DNA of 64,000 nt from Chrysomallon squamiferum (Eukaryota; Animalia; Mollusca): positions 9,238,001 through 9,302,000 of the forward strand of contig CM022676.1 of the NCBI GenBank assembly GCA_012295275.1. Direction: 5' to 3'. The notes under the pieces were generated by a model. The model worked only from the letters and a program-made list of their open reading frames with translations, had not been told where the DNA came from and did no database searches. The translations under genes were made by a program, and so were the position numbers. Positions 13,619-44,611 of this stretch are shown piece after piece. Position 1 is the first letter of the stretch. Every line of letters begins with the position of its first letter.

Positions 13619-15189
13619 TCTTTTTGTCCTCATAAAGAAAGATATTTCTATGATTGCATAAAATTGAAATGCATAAAATACAAATATGTAAACAGATTAT
13701 ATTGATATATAATGTCAAGTTTTTGGAACAGAATACTGATACTTATAAGAAAAATTAAATATTTCAAGATTGATAGTTAGAATGCCATATTCATTCAATT
13801 AAGAATTTATACCAGTTTATACCTTGTTTTTACTCTTTCTTTTTTTTTTTCCAGAAAAAAAAATTGTCTATTTTACATATAAAGGAATGTATTTATAAAA
13901 AAAAAAAATTTTTTTTTTTCATTTTCATTTTTCAAAGAAATATTGCAGTTTATAATAACATGCTTTTATAAAGTTTTTCAGGAAAAAAAAACATTTGTTT
14001 AATTTATAATTCATGCCAAAATAGTGAGGGAAGCTGAAGATTTCTGTGGAAAAATTTAACATAAACAAAGTTTTAAATGGACTGACTTGATAAAAAGTAT
14101 TTCACTTAAAACAGTGCCTTACTTACAATGGTATCTTATACATGAGGAAATACGATACAGGTTATATATTCCTCAAGACTCATATAATTACAAATGAAGA
14201 TGATCTCTTTAATCCATGATGTAGCAGCATATAGTAATCTTGAATTATATAAACCTTGCATGATTTTATCGGTAACTTGAAAACAATACTGATTTTCTAC
14301 TGAATTTGCAAAAACGGACTTAGCAGCATGGTTTTGCTCAAAATTTGGATATAAATTAAAACCACAAAATACAATGGTTTAGACTGAAAGGAAATGTAAT
14401 ATTTAAACAGAATATTTCGTTCACATACTCAAAGGAACAAATACCTAAACTTTTTAAAAAATGTATTAATAAGCTAATGTTTCTTTTGTGTATGATTGAA
14501 GAATGTGAAACAGCCAGAAATTGTTATTTCAGTTAGCTTTTAATTTGTTTTCTTCTGGTTTATTTTCCATCTTTTTTTTTTTTTTTTTTTTTTTTAATTT
14601 TATTTTCAATTTATTTTCATTTCATTAATAATGGAAACTATTTTTATTTCTGGTCCCAAATTTTAATTCAAACTATCAGGACTTTACAGTGGTCCTGTTG
14701 AAATAAAAATGTTCACATCTTCACTGTAAGAGTTTAAACTGAATACACAAGTTATAAATAACAGACTGGATGACAGTTTAGAAATGGATACGTCTGTTTC
14801 TATAGAGTTAAACATTCTGAAATAAGAAAATAAACCTAAAAGTATTCATCTCTGTTAAAAACTGTGGTATGTGCTGTCCTGCATGTGGGAGAAGATCTGT
14901 AAGATTGTGATTGCAAAAATCACATTTGATACATAATAACTAGAAATACGTTTTTTGTGTTTTAAAGCTTTTGTTTCTGATGATAAAATATTGTGTCAAA
15001 ATCTGATTCAAAACTTGAGCAGCAATGAGTTGTTATTGCTAATAATAATAATAATGACATTATTATTATTATTATTATTGTTATTATTATTACCTCAAAT
15101 TCACCATGTTTAGATATAGATATTATTTTCTTGTGTATCAAAATCTGATACAAATACAAACCCAAACATTTCAGTTACGGGATCTCAAC

Positions 15190-15450
15190 TATCACTACTA
15201 CTACTACTACTACTACTATGACTACTACTATTGCTGCTGCTGCTGCTGCTGCTGCTATTATTACTACCACTATTAATATTATTATTATCATTATTACTAC
15301 TACTACTACTACTACTACTATTATTAGTATTACTACTACTACTACCATTATTATTATTATTACTACTACTACAACTACTGTAAATAATACTAATAATAAT
15401 AATACTAATAATAATAGTAGTAGTAGTAGTAGTAGTAGTAGCAGTAGTAT
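15190..15450. repeat. Compound trinucleotide microsatellite (CTA/CTG/TTA/TAA/TAG)
   Basis: Directly visible. Confidence 0.9.
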
Positions 15451-15764
15451 TGTTCCTATTATTATCATTATCACCATCAAGAAATAAATATTAAATATTA
15501 AATTATATTTATCTATTTTTGCACCAACATAAACAAAACAGTATGTAAAAATTTTACATTTACCCAAAAGTCCATAAATACTTTTCTGAAACCTATATAA
15601 ACTTTTTCATTTTAAATTTTATGCGAATTAACACAGTTGAAAGAATAAATATATTTACCTATCTCTGATTTATAAAAGTTTATGTATTTTTTAAGGCTCA
15701 GATGTTAAATTTTAGTTTATTAATTCATTCTCTAGTACAAATGTAAGAGGATAATTCATATTTA

Positions 15765-15960
15765 AAATGAGAATAATACATATTTTAAAATAGGATAATA
15801 CTTATTTTAAATCAGTATAACTTAAATTTCAAAATGGGATAGTACAATTTCAAAATGGGATAACAAAATTTCAAAACGGGATAACATTTTCAGATAGGAT
15901 AACACATTTTAAAACGGGATAATACATATTTTGAAACGGGATAATATATATTTTAACAGT
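15765..15960. repeat. Degenerate ~21-22 bp tandem repeat (AAAA[C/T]GGGATAATACATATTTT)
   Basis: About 8 diverged copies. Confidence 0.75.
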
Positions 15961-17477
15961 GGATACAGGATGGTGAACACTTTCAGTGGAAGTAACAAAA
16001 GAATAAAGAATCAGAACCATTTTGAACAAAAAGCGTAATTAAATTTTTAAAAATAATTACATCACTGGTCTACACAGAAAACAAAAACTTGAAGCAGTAA
16101 TACACTGAGATATGTAGAGATTACAAAAAAAAAAAAAAAAAATGACATACAGAAAATGTCATGTATTTGCAAAGATGCAGTGGTTATTTATTAATGTTTT
16201 TAAAAAGAACAATTACAGATTATATATTGCAAGAAAAAGTGACGTTTTGATGGTTTTTGAAGATATGGATCTGTGTATGTAGTCTGTGAAAAATGCATAA
16301 ACTGTATTTTTAAATTTTGTTTTAAATTGAAATAATAAAATAATAATAACCACGAATTATAGAACGTTAAGAGTGAATAACAAAATTACAATGGTATTAA
16401 TTTCATATTTAACAATACAATAAAGAATTTTGACGATAAATCTGGTGTTATGGAATAATGAAATAAAATAAAATGTACTTGTGATTGTGTGAGAATATAG
16501 TCTCAACATATTTTCCATACTTCAAACTGATAGGTTAATTTTGTACTTAACACTAACCTTTGCCAATAATAAAGTATATATATATATATAAAAAACAAGA
16601 ATAAGTAACAATGAAATGTAGGCTGCAATATATATTATAATTAATATTACTGTTTTCTCTTTTTTTTTTATTATTTTTTTCTTCATTTAATTCTAGATAA
16701 AAATTTTTTTTTTTTTAAATCACTTGAAAGAAAATGCAGGCATCCATGCACCTTCGTTTCCTAAGTTAACTTTATTATTATTAAAGCTTGGAGGCCAGTG
16801 ACAAAACAATTAATCAAAGTATGTAAAACATAGTATTAAATACCTTAACACAAGTACTAATGTCACCCATCTATTTATATATATATATATAAAAATAATA
16901 AATAGAGTTTAAATAATAAGCTATAATTATACTAAGAATACGATTATACATTGACTAAAAACACAAAAAAAATAATTTAAAACAAAATTTAAAAAATCGT
17001 ATACTCAGTCTGTCTAGCATTTTCTTACATCCAAATTTTTTTAAATTAAAGAACAACATCATACAAGTGTGACTTCAATTAACTGACTTCAGTACAAAGT
17101 AACATGTTTTACAGTAACAGAAATATGATTAGCTTGTTTTTCAAATTCAATATTTCCACACTTAAATTAACACTTTTATTTATGGTTTAAATTAGTATTG
17201 CACTTGCTGTGATTATTACTAGTAGTAAATTACTAGTAACAGTATCAAAAATAGTGGCAATAGTAATACTAATAGTAGTAGTAGTAATATCAACAATAGC
17301 AGTAGTACTATTAGTAGTAGTAATAGTAGCTGTAGTAACAGTTTGAGCTGTAGTAGTTGTAGTAGCAGTAATAGTGGTAGTATGAATACTAAATGAAAAA
17401 CCTGAAACAAATTTTAATCTCCCATTATTATAATTTAGTTTTATTTATTATTTAAGGCTGACATGGATAATGAGAGA

Positions 17478-17760
17478 AAAATTCAGAAAGTTTTTTAGTT
17501 TTTTTTAAAGGGAACAGGAGAGCACATACCACAATTCTTGACAAACCAATCTTAGATGCTGGTTGGAAAGGGAAATGCAGTAACTCAGAGAAATGAATTA
17601 TGTCTAAGCTCAGAGCTCTCTTATCACTAAATTAAAAAAAATTCAGAAAGGTTTTTTTTTTAAGAGAGCAGGAGAACACATACCACAATTCTTGAGAGAC
17701 CAATTATAAACACTGGTTGGAATGAGAAATGAATTATACCTCAACTCAGAGCTCTTACTA
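17478..17760 (+). repeat. Tandem ~160-bp duplication containing a fragment of the dispersed short repeat family
   Basis: AAATTCAGAAAG...CAGGAG..CACATACCACAATTCTTGA...CTGGTTGGAA..GAAATG...CTCAGAGCTCT occurs twice. Confidence 0.75.
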
Positions 17761-18488
17761 ATAAAAAAATCATGAAAAAAAATATCATTGGAACTAAGCT
17801 GCATATTTATCTGTGGTAAAAATGTATTAGTTTTGTAATTTAATAATGGAAGAAAGGAAGCCTGTATTGCTATTAAAATGTCTACAGAGTCATTTTAAAT
17901 ATATGTTTCAGTGAACTAAGATAAGCAAGATTACGTTTAAACTGAAATTAAAGATATCTTTCAGTTCTGGTCGTCAAAAGCTGGTAAAATATTTATTTTT
18001 TCTTCTCAATAGATACTTGGCTTTTTTAATTGTGCTGTATGTATCAGTGTCTGTCTGTATGTGTGTCTGCATGCTACAAAATCAATATTTGGATATATGT
18101 AAGTGTATATGTGTAGTTCTCAAACTAAAAAAAAAAAAAAAAAAAAATAATTTTTAAAAATTTTCATTATGATCAGATGGATATTATGTCTTATGTAATT
18201 ACGTAAAAAAAAAAAAAAAAAAACATAAAACAATTTCTGTATATTATATATCATTTCATATCTACCCTCTATGATGATTTCTGTCTTGGATTTTAAATGC
18301 ATAATTAACAGAAGAAAATATTCCACAACATCGACATCTATAAATGCTTAATATAAATGAAATACAGTCAGAAAGGTTTGTTTTTTTTTTTAAAAAAGCA
18401 CAGAGGTTAAATGCAGTAAGGATTTCTGGTCCTTTGCTTTTTTTTTTTTTTTCTCTTTCGCTCTCTCATACACAAACTAACTAAAACT

Positions 18489-18492
<4 letters not shown>

Positions 18493-18569
<77 letters not shown>
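18493..18569. repeat. (CT)n microsatellite about 20 nt after the POU2 stop
   Basis: Directly visible. Confidence 0.95.
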
Positions 18570-18572
<3 letters not shown>

Positions 18573-18586
18573 CTTTCTTCCATCCT

Positions 18587-37210
<18,624 letters not shown>

Positions 37211-37999
37211 TTTGAATAATAAAATCTAGCAAATTATTTTTCGGAACACCACGGAAACTAATTAGTCAACCATATGCAATTTCAATTCTCTCGGCTTTTT
37301 TGTGCAAATGCTTAAGAGAATCATCTAGTTAATATGAAAATAAAGGAATGCGATTAAAACACCTGATATCTCAAATTCTGAAACAATCACATACACACAA
37401 TAAAGAGATGCGTCCGTTCCAATAAATATTTCCGGACTGACCCGAAGTTGTGACCTCAAAACTAAAAACTATTTTCTATATCTTTATATCGAAATCGATT
37501 CTCCAAGTTACAAGCAGATTGATTCGATAATAAAAATACTTTCTTACTATGTTTTAGAAATGTATCCCCCCAAAAAAACTTTATTATATATTGACGTGCG
37601 TGTGTGTGTGTTTGTGTGTTTCTTACAAAATAATATAATTTTCGAATTCGAATGTTTCCCTGCAGGACACTAAAATGTCAAATAGCAATAACACTTGTTC
37701 AAAATATTTTACAGTCCTCTAAGAATTATGTAAATTACGTACATTTTTTTCATAAGAAATAAATTAAATTAAATTAAATTAATTAATAAATAAATAATTA
37801 AATCCGTGTTCGCTGTATATCATAAATTACAATAGCAAGTAAAAATGATTGATGTAAGATTCAGAAAACATAATTATATTTAGTTGTTCGGATTTCCTTA
37901 ATGAAATTAACCGAAAATATATAAAATCAAAAAAAAAAAAATAATAATAAAAAAAAATAAAATAAAAATAAAAATGGCAAATGTTTATTTGTAGGGAAC

Positions 38000-38062
38000 A
38001 AATGACGTACTTAAAAACAATTCCAATCCATTGTGTGACGTCATTTATTTCGTATAAATACC
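38000..38062 (+). promoter_or_regulatory. Candidate promoter: CRE half-site, CCAAT, full CRE and TATA box
   Basis: TGACGTAC at 38003, CCAAT at 38023, TGACGTCA at 38036, TATAAATA at 38053. Oriented away from POU2. Confidence 0.5.
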
Positions 38063-38156
38063 GTGACAACCATACCAACAGCTTGCTCTGATTAGCACGT
38101 TAATTTTTTTTTCACTTCACTTCACTACCAAATGCTCATTTGAATTTGAGAAGCCG

Positions 38157-38245
38157 ATGTTTAAACAATGTTTCAAATTCATAGATACTTGATTATATGT
38201 TTAAAACGTGTATCAAGTATCGATGAATTTGAAATTGTGAAACAT
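38157..38245. other. Long near-perfect inverted repeat (hairpin)
   Basis: TTTCAAATTCATAGATACTTGAT (38171) pairs with ATCAAGTATCGATGAATTTGAAA (ends 38234) at 22/23 positions. The stem extends inward and outward. Confidence 0.85.
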
Positions 38246-38574
38246 ATTTCTGAAGAATTAAAAATTAATAATGAGCGGAAAGAAAACTAAAGAGAGAACG
38301 GAAACAGTAAAGAAATCTGCGCTTCAAACATCGAAAAGAATCATTTAAATGAACAAAATCAAACCGAGTGAGACAGAACAACATTTAGTGACGTCCATAG
38401 ATCTCCATGGAAACTGAATCAACATCAATCAAAGAAAGATAACTCCCATTGACTTTTGAAATTTTTGGTATCTATTTATGACGAAGGAAAAGAAAGCGAC
38501 GCATTAGTTTTAGAAATTTCTATCATTTGAAATTTTTAATGTTTTTTTTTTTGATTTTATATATTTTATTTTTT

Positions 38575-38611
<37 letters not shown>

Positions 38612-39979
38612 TTAGTCTGTCGTCAATATAGCCGGAATGTGGACCTAGTTAAGAAAGATGGCTGACGAGTTCAGACCAATGCATGCCTTAGATTTTTTCC
38701 ACGAATGAAAACAACGAGACAGGTGCATTGACGACACAATTTTTGACTGACTCTCAACAGACTTGGACATGCATAAGCACGTGCGCTGTACAGTCAGACG
38801 GCGACACAAACAGTTCAACACAGAGGCAGACTGACAGAAAAACGCAAACACAAACAAATATACATATAAAAACGCATGCGCATATATATTATATATACAC
38901 ATATCCATACATATAAACACACTCACACGTACGCATATATATACATACACATGCATACATTATATAGATAGGCACATAAAAACACACACACACACACACA
39001 CACACATATGTAAGCATATACATATATATATATATACATACACGGATACACAAATACCCATACTTACATTACACATTCATACATACATACATACATAAAC
39101 ACATACGTATGTACCTATTTACATCCATAAATACACACGTAAGTATGAACATATATACATCCGTACCTATACAGATGTAAAAACATGCACAAACGTACAA
39201 ACACACACACACACACACACACACACTTAAACGTATGACCTACTTTACTGAATATCGTAAGTTTGTGTCTCGTCAGTGGTGTGAATTGTACGAAGCGATG
39301 ATTTACTCTCGGCTATCGAACGACTTTTCGGGGTGGGGTGGGGGTTACGTCTGCCGAGTGTTATCATTGTCCATTTCGGAGTGCGAGCCAATGAGTGCCA
39401 TACGTTCGAGTCTCGTCAGCGGCGTCTGACATGTATCAGCTCCTGATCAGTCTTCGTTCTCGTCTGCGTAATTCGACTGCTGGTCCGAAACCGTCTCTTG
39501 ACAGCGAAATACATTTATTTATTTTAATTTTATTTATTTATTTACTTTAATTATATTTATTTATTTATTTATTTATTTTAATTTTATTTATTTATTTATT
39601 TTAATTTTATTTATTTATTTATTTTAATTTTAATTGTATTTATTTTTTTACTTTTGTGGATACCACTTTTAATTCCACTAACATCAACCAAATCAGCGAC
39701 CTCTGCTAATGAGTGTGGTCCAAACGCAACACGAAAACTGTTTATACTTGTAGTACAACCACGTGACGGTCGTTTAAACTGTTTGCATGGTGACGCTTGA
39801 ATTCTGGTGATTATGTATACGTAACGTACTTATTTTCAGTGTCGACAGTGACGTATAGTATTTGTGCTGTTATAGTTTCATACCTATATACATACATGTA
39901 AACGTATACATTTTCGTTGCCATTATTTTTATCATCATCTTCATTATTATCATTATTATTACCATTACTTTTAATCATT

Positions 39980-40027
<48 letters not shown>

Positions 40028-40380
40028 TTGTCGTTGTTGTTGTCGCTGTATTTGTTGTTATCATTATCATAATCATTATTGTCATCATTACCGTCATTAT
40101 TACTACTACTATTATTATTACTATTACTACAACTACTACTTCTGCTATTGCTATTACTGTTATTATCGTTATCATAAACATTAGTCATTATCGTCATCCT
40201 TACTACCACTATTACTACTACTAGTACTACTACTTTTATTTTTATTATTATTATTATTATTAATCTTCGTTACATTACATCTAACTTGTAGATAATATTA
40301 CCTAAGAAAGCCGCTACTGTAATAATATTATATAATATTTAAAATAAATTAAATTAATATATATATATATATATATATTG

Positions 40381-40500
40381 GCAGCAAAGGATCTTTTATT
40401 TTTATACACAATTTCTCATACACAAAAACAAATATCACTACCTTTGATAACCAGTTGTGGAGCAATTGCTGGAACGAGAAATTATGCACTGGGAACACTT
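40381..40500 (+). mobile_element. Degenerate copy of a dispersed short (SINE/MITE-like) repeat family
   Basis: GCAGCAAAGGATCTTTTAT...CCTTTGATAACCAGTTGTGGAGCAATTGCTGGAACGAGAAAT shares motifs with fragments at about 11265, 12620, 13170, 14860 and 26440 (reverse) and 17510 and 17665 (forward). Confidence 0.6.
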
Positions 40501-40966
40501 AGATACTGCAAACTATCACACTTCGTCATAGCTCTAATTAATTAGTCACAGAACTCCAAAGTTATAAGGAAGAATTTTTTAAAAATTTGAAATAAACGAT
40601 TAGAAAAAGGAAATATTTTTATTTATAACATTCCAGATTTTTGTTAACTTTTTATAACATTAATAACAAAACACGAAATAACCGAATATAAGTATAAAAA
40701 CAACAAATATATCGTTTGCATAAATATTTTAACAGTTTTCTTTAGGTTTTGTTAAAACAGAAGATGGTCGTTTTGAGATTTTGAATCGTGTTCGTACATT
40801 GTACTTAATAAATGTGTTCAGTTCATTCCAGCATACTGCATCTGAATACACATATTTCGTTTCGTTAAATATCTATTTCGTTTCTTCTTCTTCTTCTTTG
40901 TGTGTGTGTGTGTGTGTGTGTGTATTTAAAATTATTGTTCTTGTTGTTCTTTGTTTGTTTGTTAAT

Positions 40967-41064
<98 letters not shown>

Positions 41065-41447
41065 GTAATGGGAGGTAATTTGTTAACATTATTAATTTCA
41101 TTATTTATAATTGTTGTTAAATCTAACTGCTAAATCATTTCAGTAGTCTTTAATCTATTATCCAATGAGCAATTTTCATGATTTTTTTGTTTTGTTATTT
41201 TTTCGTATTTCACGGTAATACAATTCGTCATGATATTATTTAACTCTTGACTGGGGTTGTTATTTCATTACCCGGTTTTAGATTTTGCCAAAATTCATTT
41301 ACGTGATCAAAAAGCTCTTCACGTAGCCAGACGGTGGAACTTCATTTTGAATAATTTATTAATAAATTAACATTAGATTGACTTTTGTCGGTTAATTATA
41401 AAACAATGAAGCAACAGTTTTACTTTAGACAAAACTGTCGCAATTAG

Positions 41448-42980
41448 TTAAAGTATCATTGTAATGGGACTGTTTTTCAAAGACTCTGAAATTTCACCGG
41501 TAGAGTAATCTCCCTTCGCATTGACGACGTCTTTGTGCCCGAACGTTCTGAAAGGGGAATCCCCAAAATAAGACGATTCCGATTTGTACGGATAAAACTC
41601 GATATCTTCGTAATAATTTTCGCTCGCTTCGCTGACGTTATCAGACTGTGACGAAGAAATCTGAGGCCACTGATCCGAAGGGATTATTTCAGTGATGCAC
41701 GGCGATGGTCCCCACGGAAATATTTCTTGCAAAGGCGTCTGGTTTCTGGTATGACGTCAGTCTTTTTATGACGTCGTGGAAATGTCGAATATCTTTCGTA
41801 AATTTTAGACGTATTTTTGGGAGACGGTTTAGGAGATGCCAAAGCAGATTTGGGGATTTTTTTACGCACCAGAGTGTTGACGTAACTGTGTTTTAATTTG
41901 TTTGTTTCCTCTTCGTCTGAATCGTCTGAACACGTCCATTCTTCCATTTCATTTTCGACTTCTATAATGGGAGGTAACTCGTCGGTTCTTAAACGCACGG
42001 GAGGTAACTTGGATTTTGACATATTTATTTTGTTTCTTAAAGTAGTATCTGTTTCAACAGCTTTGTTTTCTTCATCTTTCCAAGACACGTTGTTGTCAGT
42101 AGTTGGGACAAAAACTAGACAGAAGCTTTTTTTGTTTAAAGGATTCAGTTCTGAGTATTTTTCAGAATCAGTTTCAGAATCAGGCTGTGAAGAGCGAACG
42201 ACGTCATAATAATGTTCATTCTCCGCGTAATAAGATATTTCTGAAGGGAATGATTGCTCACCGAGATTCTGTTCTTTGTTTTTTAAATTATTCGCCACTA
42301 TCTCATCTTTAAACAGAACGGTATCCGTCTCTTTGCTTAATATAGGGTGCGCATAAAAAGAGGACGAATTTAACGGTTTAACAATTTCAATGGACGTCAG
42401 CTGTGCTTCTAAAGGAATTCTTGGACTTGTTGAATAAAATTCCAGAGTCTCTTCGTCGAGATTGCTCAAATCGTCATCCGTTTCGCCAACGGGTAGTTCA
42501 GCGAAGATAATCTTTCGTGAATCTTCGGATATTTCCGGCAGACAAATAGGTCTGCGAGAAATTTTCCACTGACAGCATTTCGCGCCGTGTAATTCTCGAT
42601 TCGTCAGACTGTAAGGACATCTCAAACCTATAACAGAATCATCGTTAAACAGTGGAATCGTCGGTCTTTTCCGACTCTCTTCGCTGTTATGCGGAAGCGA
42701 CCGAAACTTTTAGGGAAGGTTGGGTCAAGGTCGCGTAAATATGTTATTTTCGATCGGCCGAAAGTAAAATTGTCGTTTCGATCTTTTTGGGGTGCGGGTA
42801 TGCACAGCATTCTGCTTCGGTGTCTGGGTTGTATATAGACCCGAAGGTCATCTCGACAACAAGGAAGACCGCACGTGTGTCCAGGAGGGTCATGACAGTA
42901 TGTCGGCATGTCCGAATAATACACATCCTTTGACTTCGTAATTTCGTTTTTCTTGAAGTTGTGAAAGGACTGAAAAGATG

Positions 42981-43015
<35 letters not shown>

Positions 43016-43592
43016 ACGATTAAATGAATTTTTACGAATGCTGAAGGTCTATCGGTGTCTGTTTCATAGGTTACTGTCGTCGTCATAATCATTATTACAG
43101 CAGCTACAGAACAATACAATAATAAATCAATAGTTAATTAATTAAATAAAAATGATTTATAATAATCATTGATAATAATTAAAGTCAGTTATATTATTTT
43201 AACTACGAAATGAAAAGAGCATATAAACAAATTTATCTAAACTAATTTTAATTTAAATAAATAAATAAAATAACAATATTAATAAATTTAACACGTCATG
43301 CACAACCACTATCAAACAAAAATTAGGAAAAGGAACAATTATCTAAATTTAACTCGTGCAGAAATGATGAAGGATCATGCTTGTGTGATATGTGTATGAA
43401 TTATGGCCAGTATTTGTAGAGGAAAACAGAATGAAAACAAAAATGGAAGATAAATTGTCATTCTTATACTGTGAACATTTAATTTTAGAATGAATTAATT
43501 ACGTGCTGGCAGCAGATTGTTGTACAAATTAAATTTAGCCATGCAAAAACCATAAATAAATAAATAAAAAAAATAAAAATTAGAATAATTAA

Positions 43593-43635
<43 letters not shown>

Positions 43636-44124
43636 TTTTTAATATTTCATATCTAAAATTCAACACCGAGACTAAGAGGAAAATTTACAGTACAATACAT
43701 ACAAGACATAAAACATGACATAATTTTTATTATTCCTCAACAAATATAGAATAAAAATAGTTTACAGCAATGAACTGTGACTTGTTATACAAGTAATAGT
43801 AGTAAGTAAGTAATCTTGCAATTTACATCTACGTCATATCGATAGAAATTTTACTGAATGTTTTTGCTGCAATTTATCTTTCGGCTGCTATTCATATTAT
43901 TATATCTGATGCAGCAAAGAACAACATATCGAAGCAACAAAATCAATAAAATTTCTATTCATAACGCAGAGATCTCAAATGCAAGATCACCGATTATTAT
44001 TGCGATACAGTCTGCTGTATTACTGGAATGATACACACAAAAAAAAAAAAAACAGCGATGTAATGGAGAATGTAGTTACCTCCCCTTCATAATGTCCAAA
44101 CATCGGATAGACCTTCGGACTCAT
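41448..44124 (-). pseudogene. Orphan coding gene with two -1 frame breaks (pseudogene, assembly indels or recoding); about 520 aa if repaired
   Basis: Exon 44129..44080 (ATG at 44124, MSPKVYPMFGHYEGE, phase 0 donor GTAACT) joins a TTTTCAG acceptor at 42969. Three overlapping non-repetitive ORFs follow (ending 42628, 41684, 41448), each -1 to the previous. No domain recognised. Confidence 0.6.
43780..44012. mobile_element. Degenerate foldback / old MITE-like palindrome
   Basis: TCTTGCA...ATAGAAATTTTA.TGA...GCTGC is mirrored by GCAGC...TCAATAAAATTTCTAT...TGCAAGA. Confidence 0.55.
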
Positions 44125-44441
44125 ACATCCTGAAAAACTTAATAAAACTTTTGTAAATTTTATTTTAAATTTAATATTTTGAAGCTCTTGTTAAAGTTTT
44201 AAAAGTAATATTTTTTACAAAGTGGTTAAATATATACGCATCCATTTCAGCTATAAAAAAAAAAGAAAAAAAAAAAAGAAGAAATTTAAACAAAATAAAA
44301 CCTAATTCCTTGTAATTAATTGCATTTCCAGTGCATAAGTAAATAAATTAAACGGTTAATTGAATATATTATGTCTTGTATGTTCTTCCAGCTTGTTTCG
44401 TGAGGTAGCATCTTTCTCTGTGTGTTCTGATATGATCAGAT

Positions 44442-44611
<170 letters not shown>

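Noticed and set aside
42628-42715. Programmed -1 ribosomal frameshift signal
   Set aside because: There is no in-frame X XXY YYZ heptamer in either overlap (nearest is C GGA AAA), and no evident stimulatory structure.
42970-43119. Hydrophobic N-terminus of ORF 42628..43119 as a signal or TM segment
   Set aside because: It derives from the (TTTA)n tract upstream of the splice acceptor at 42969.
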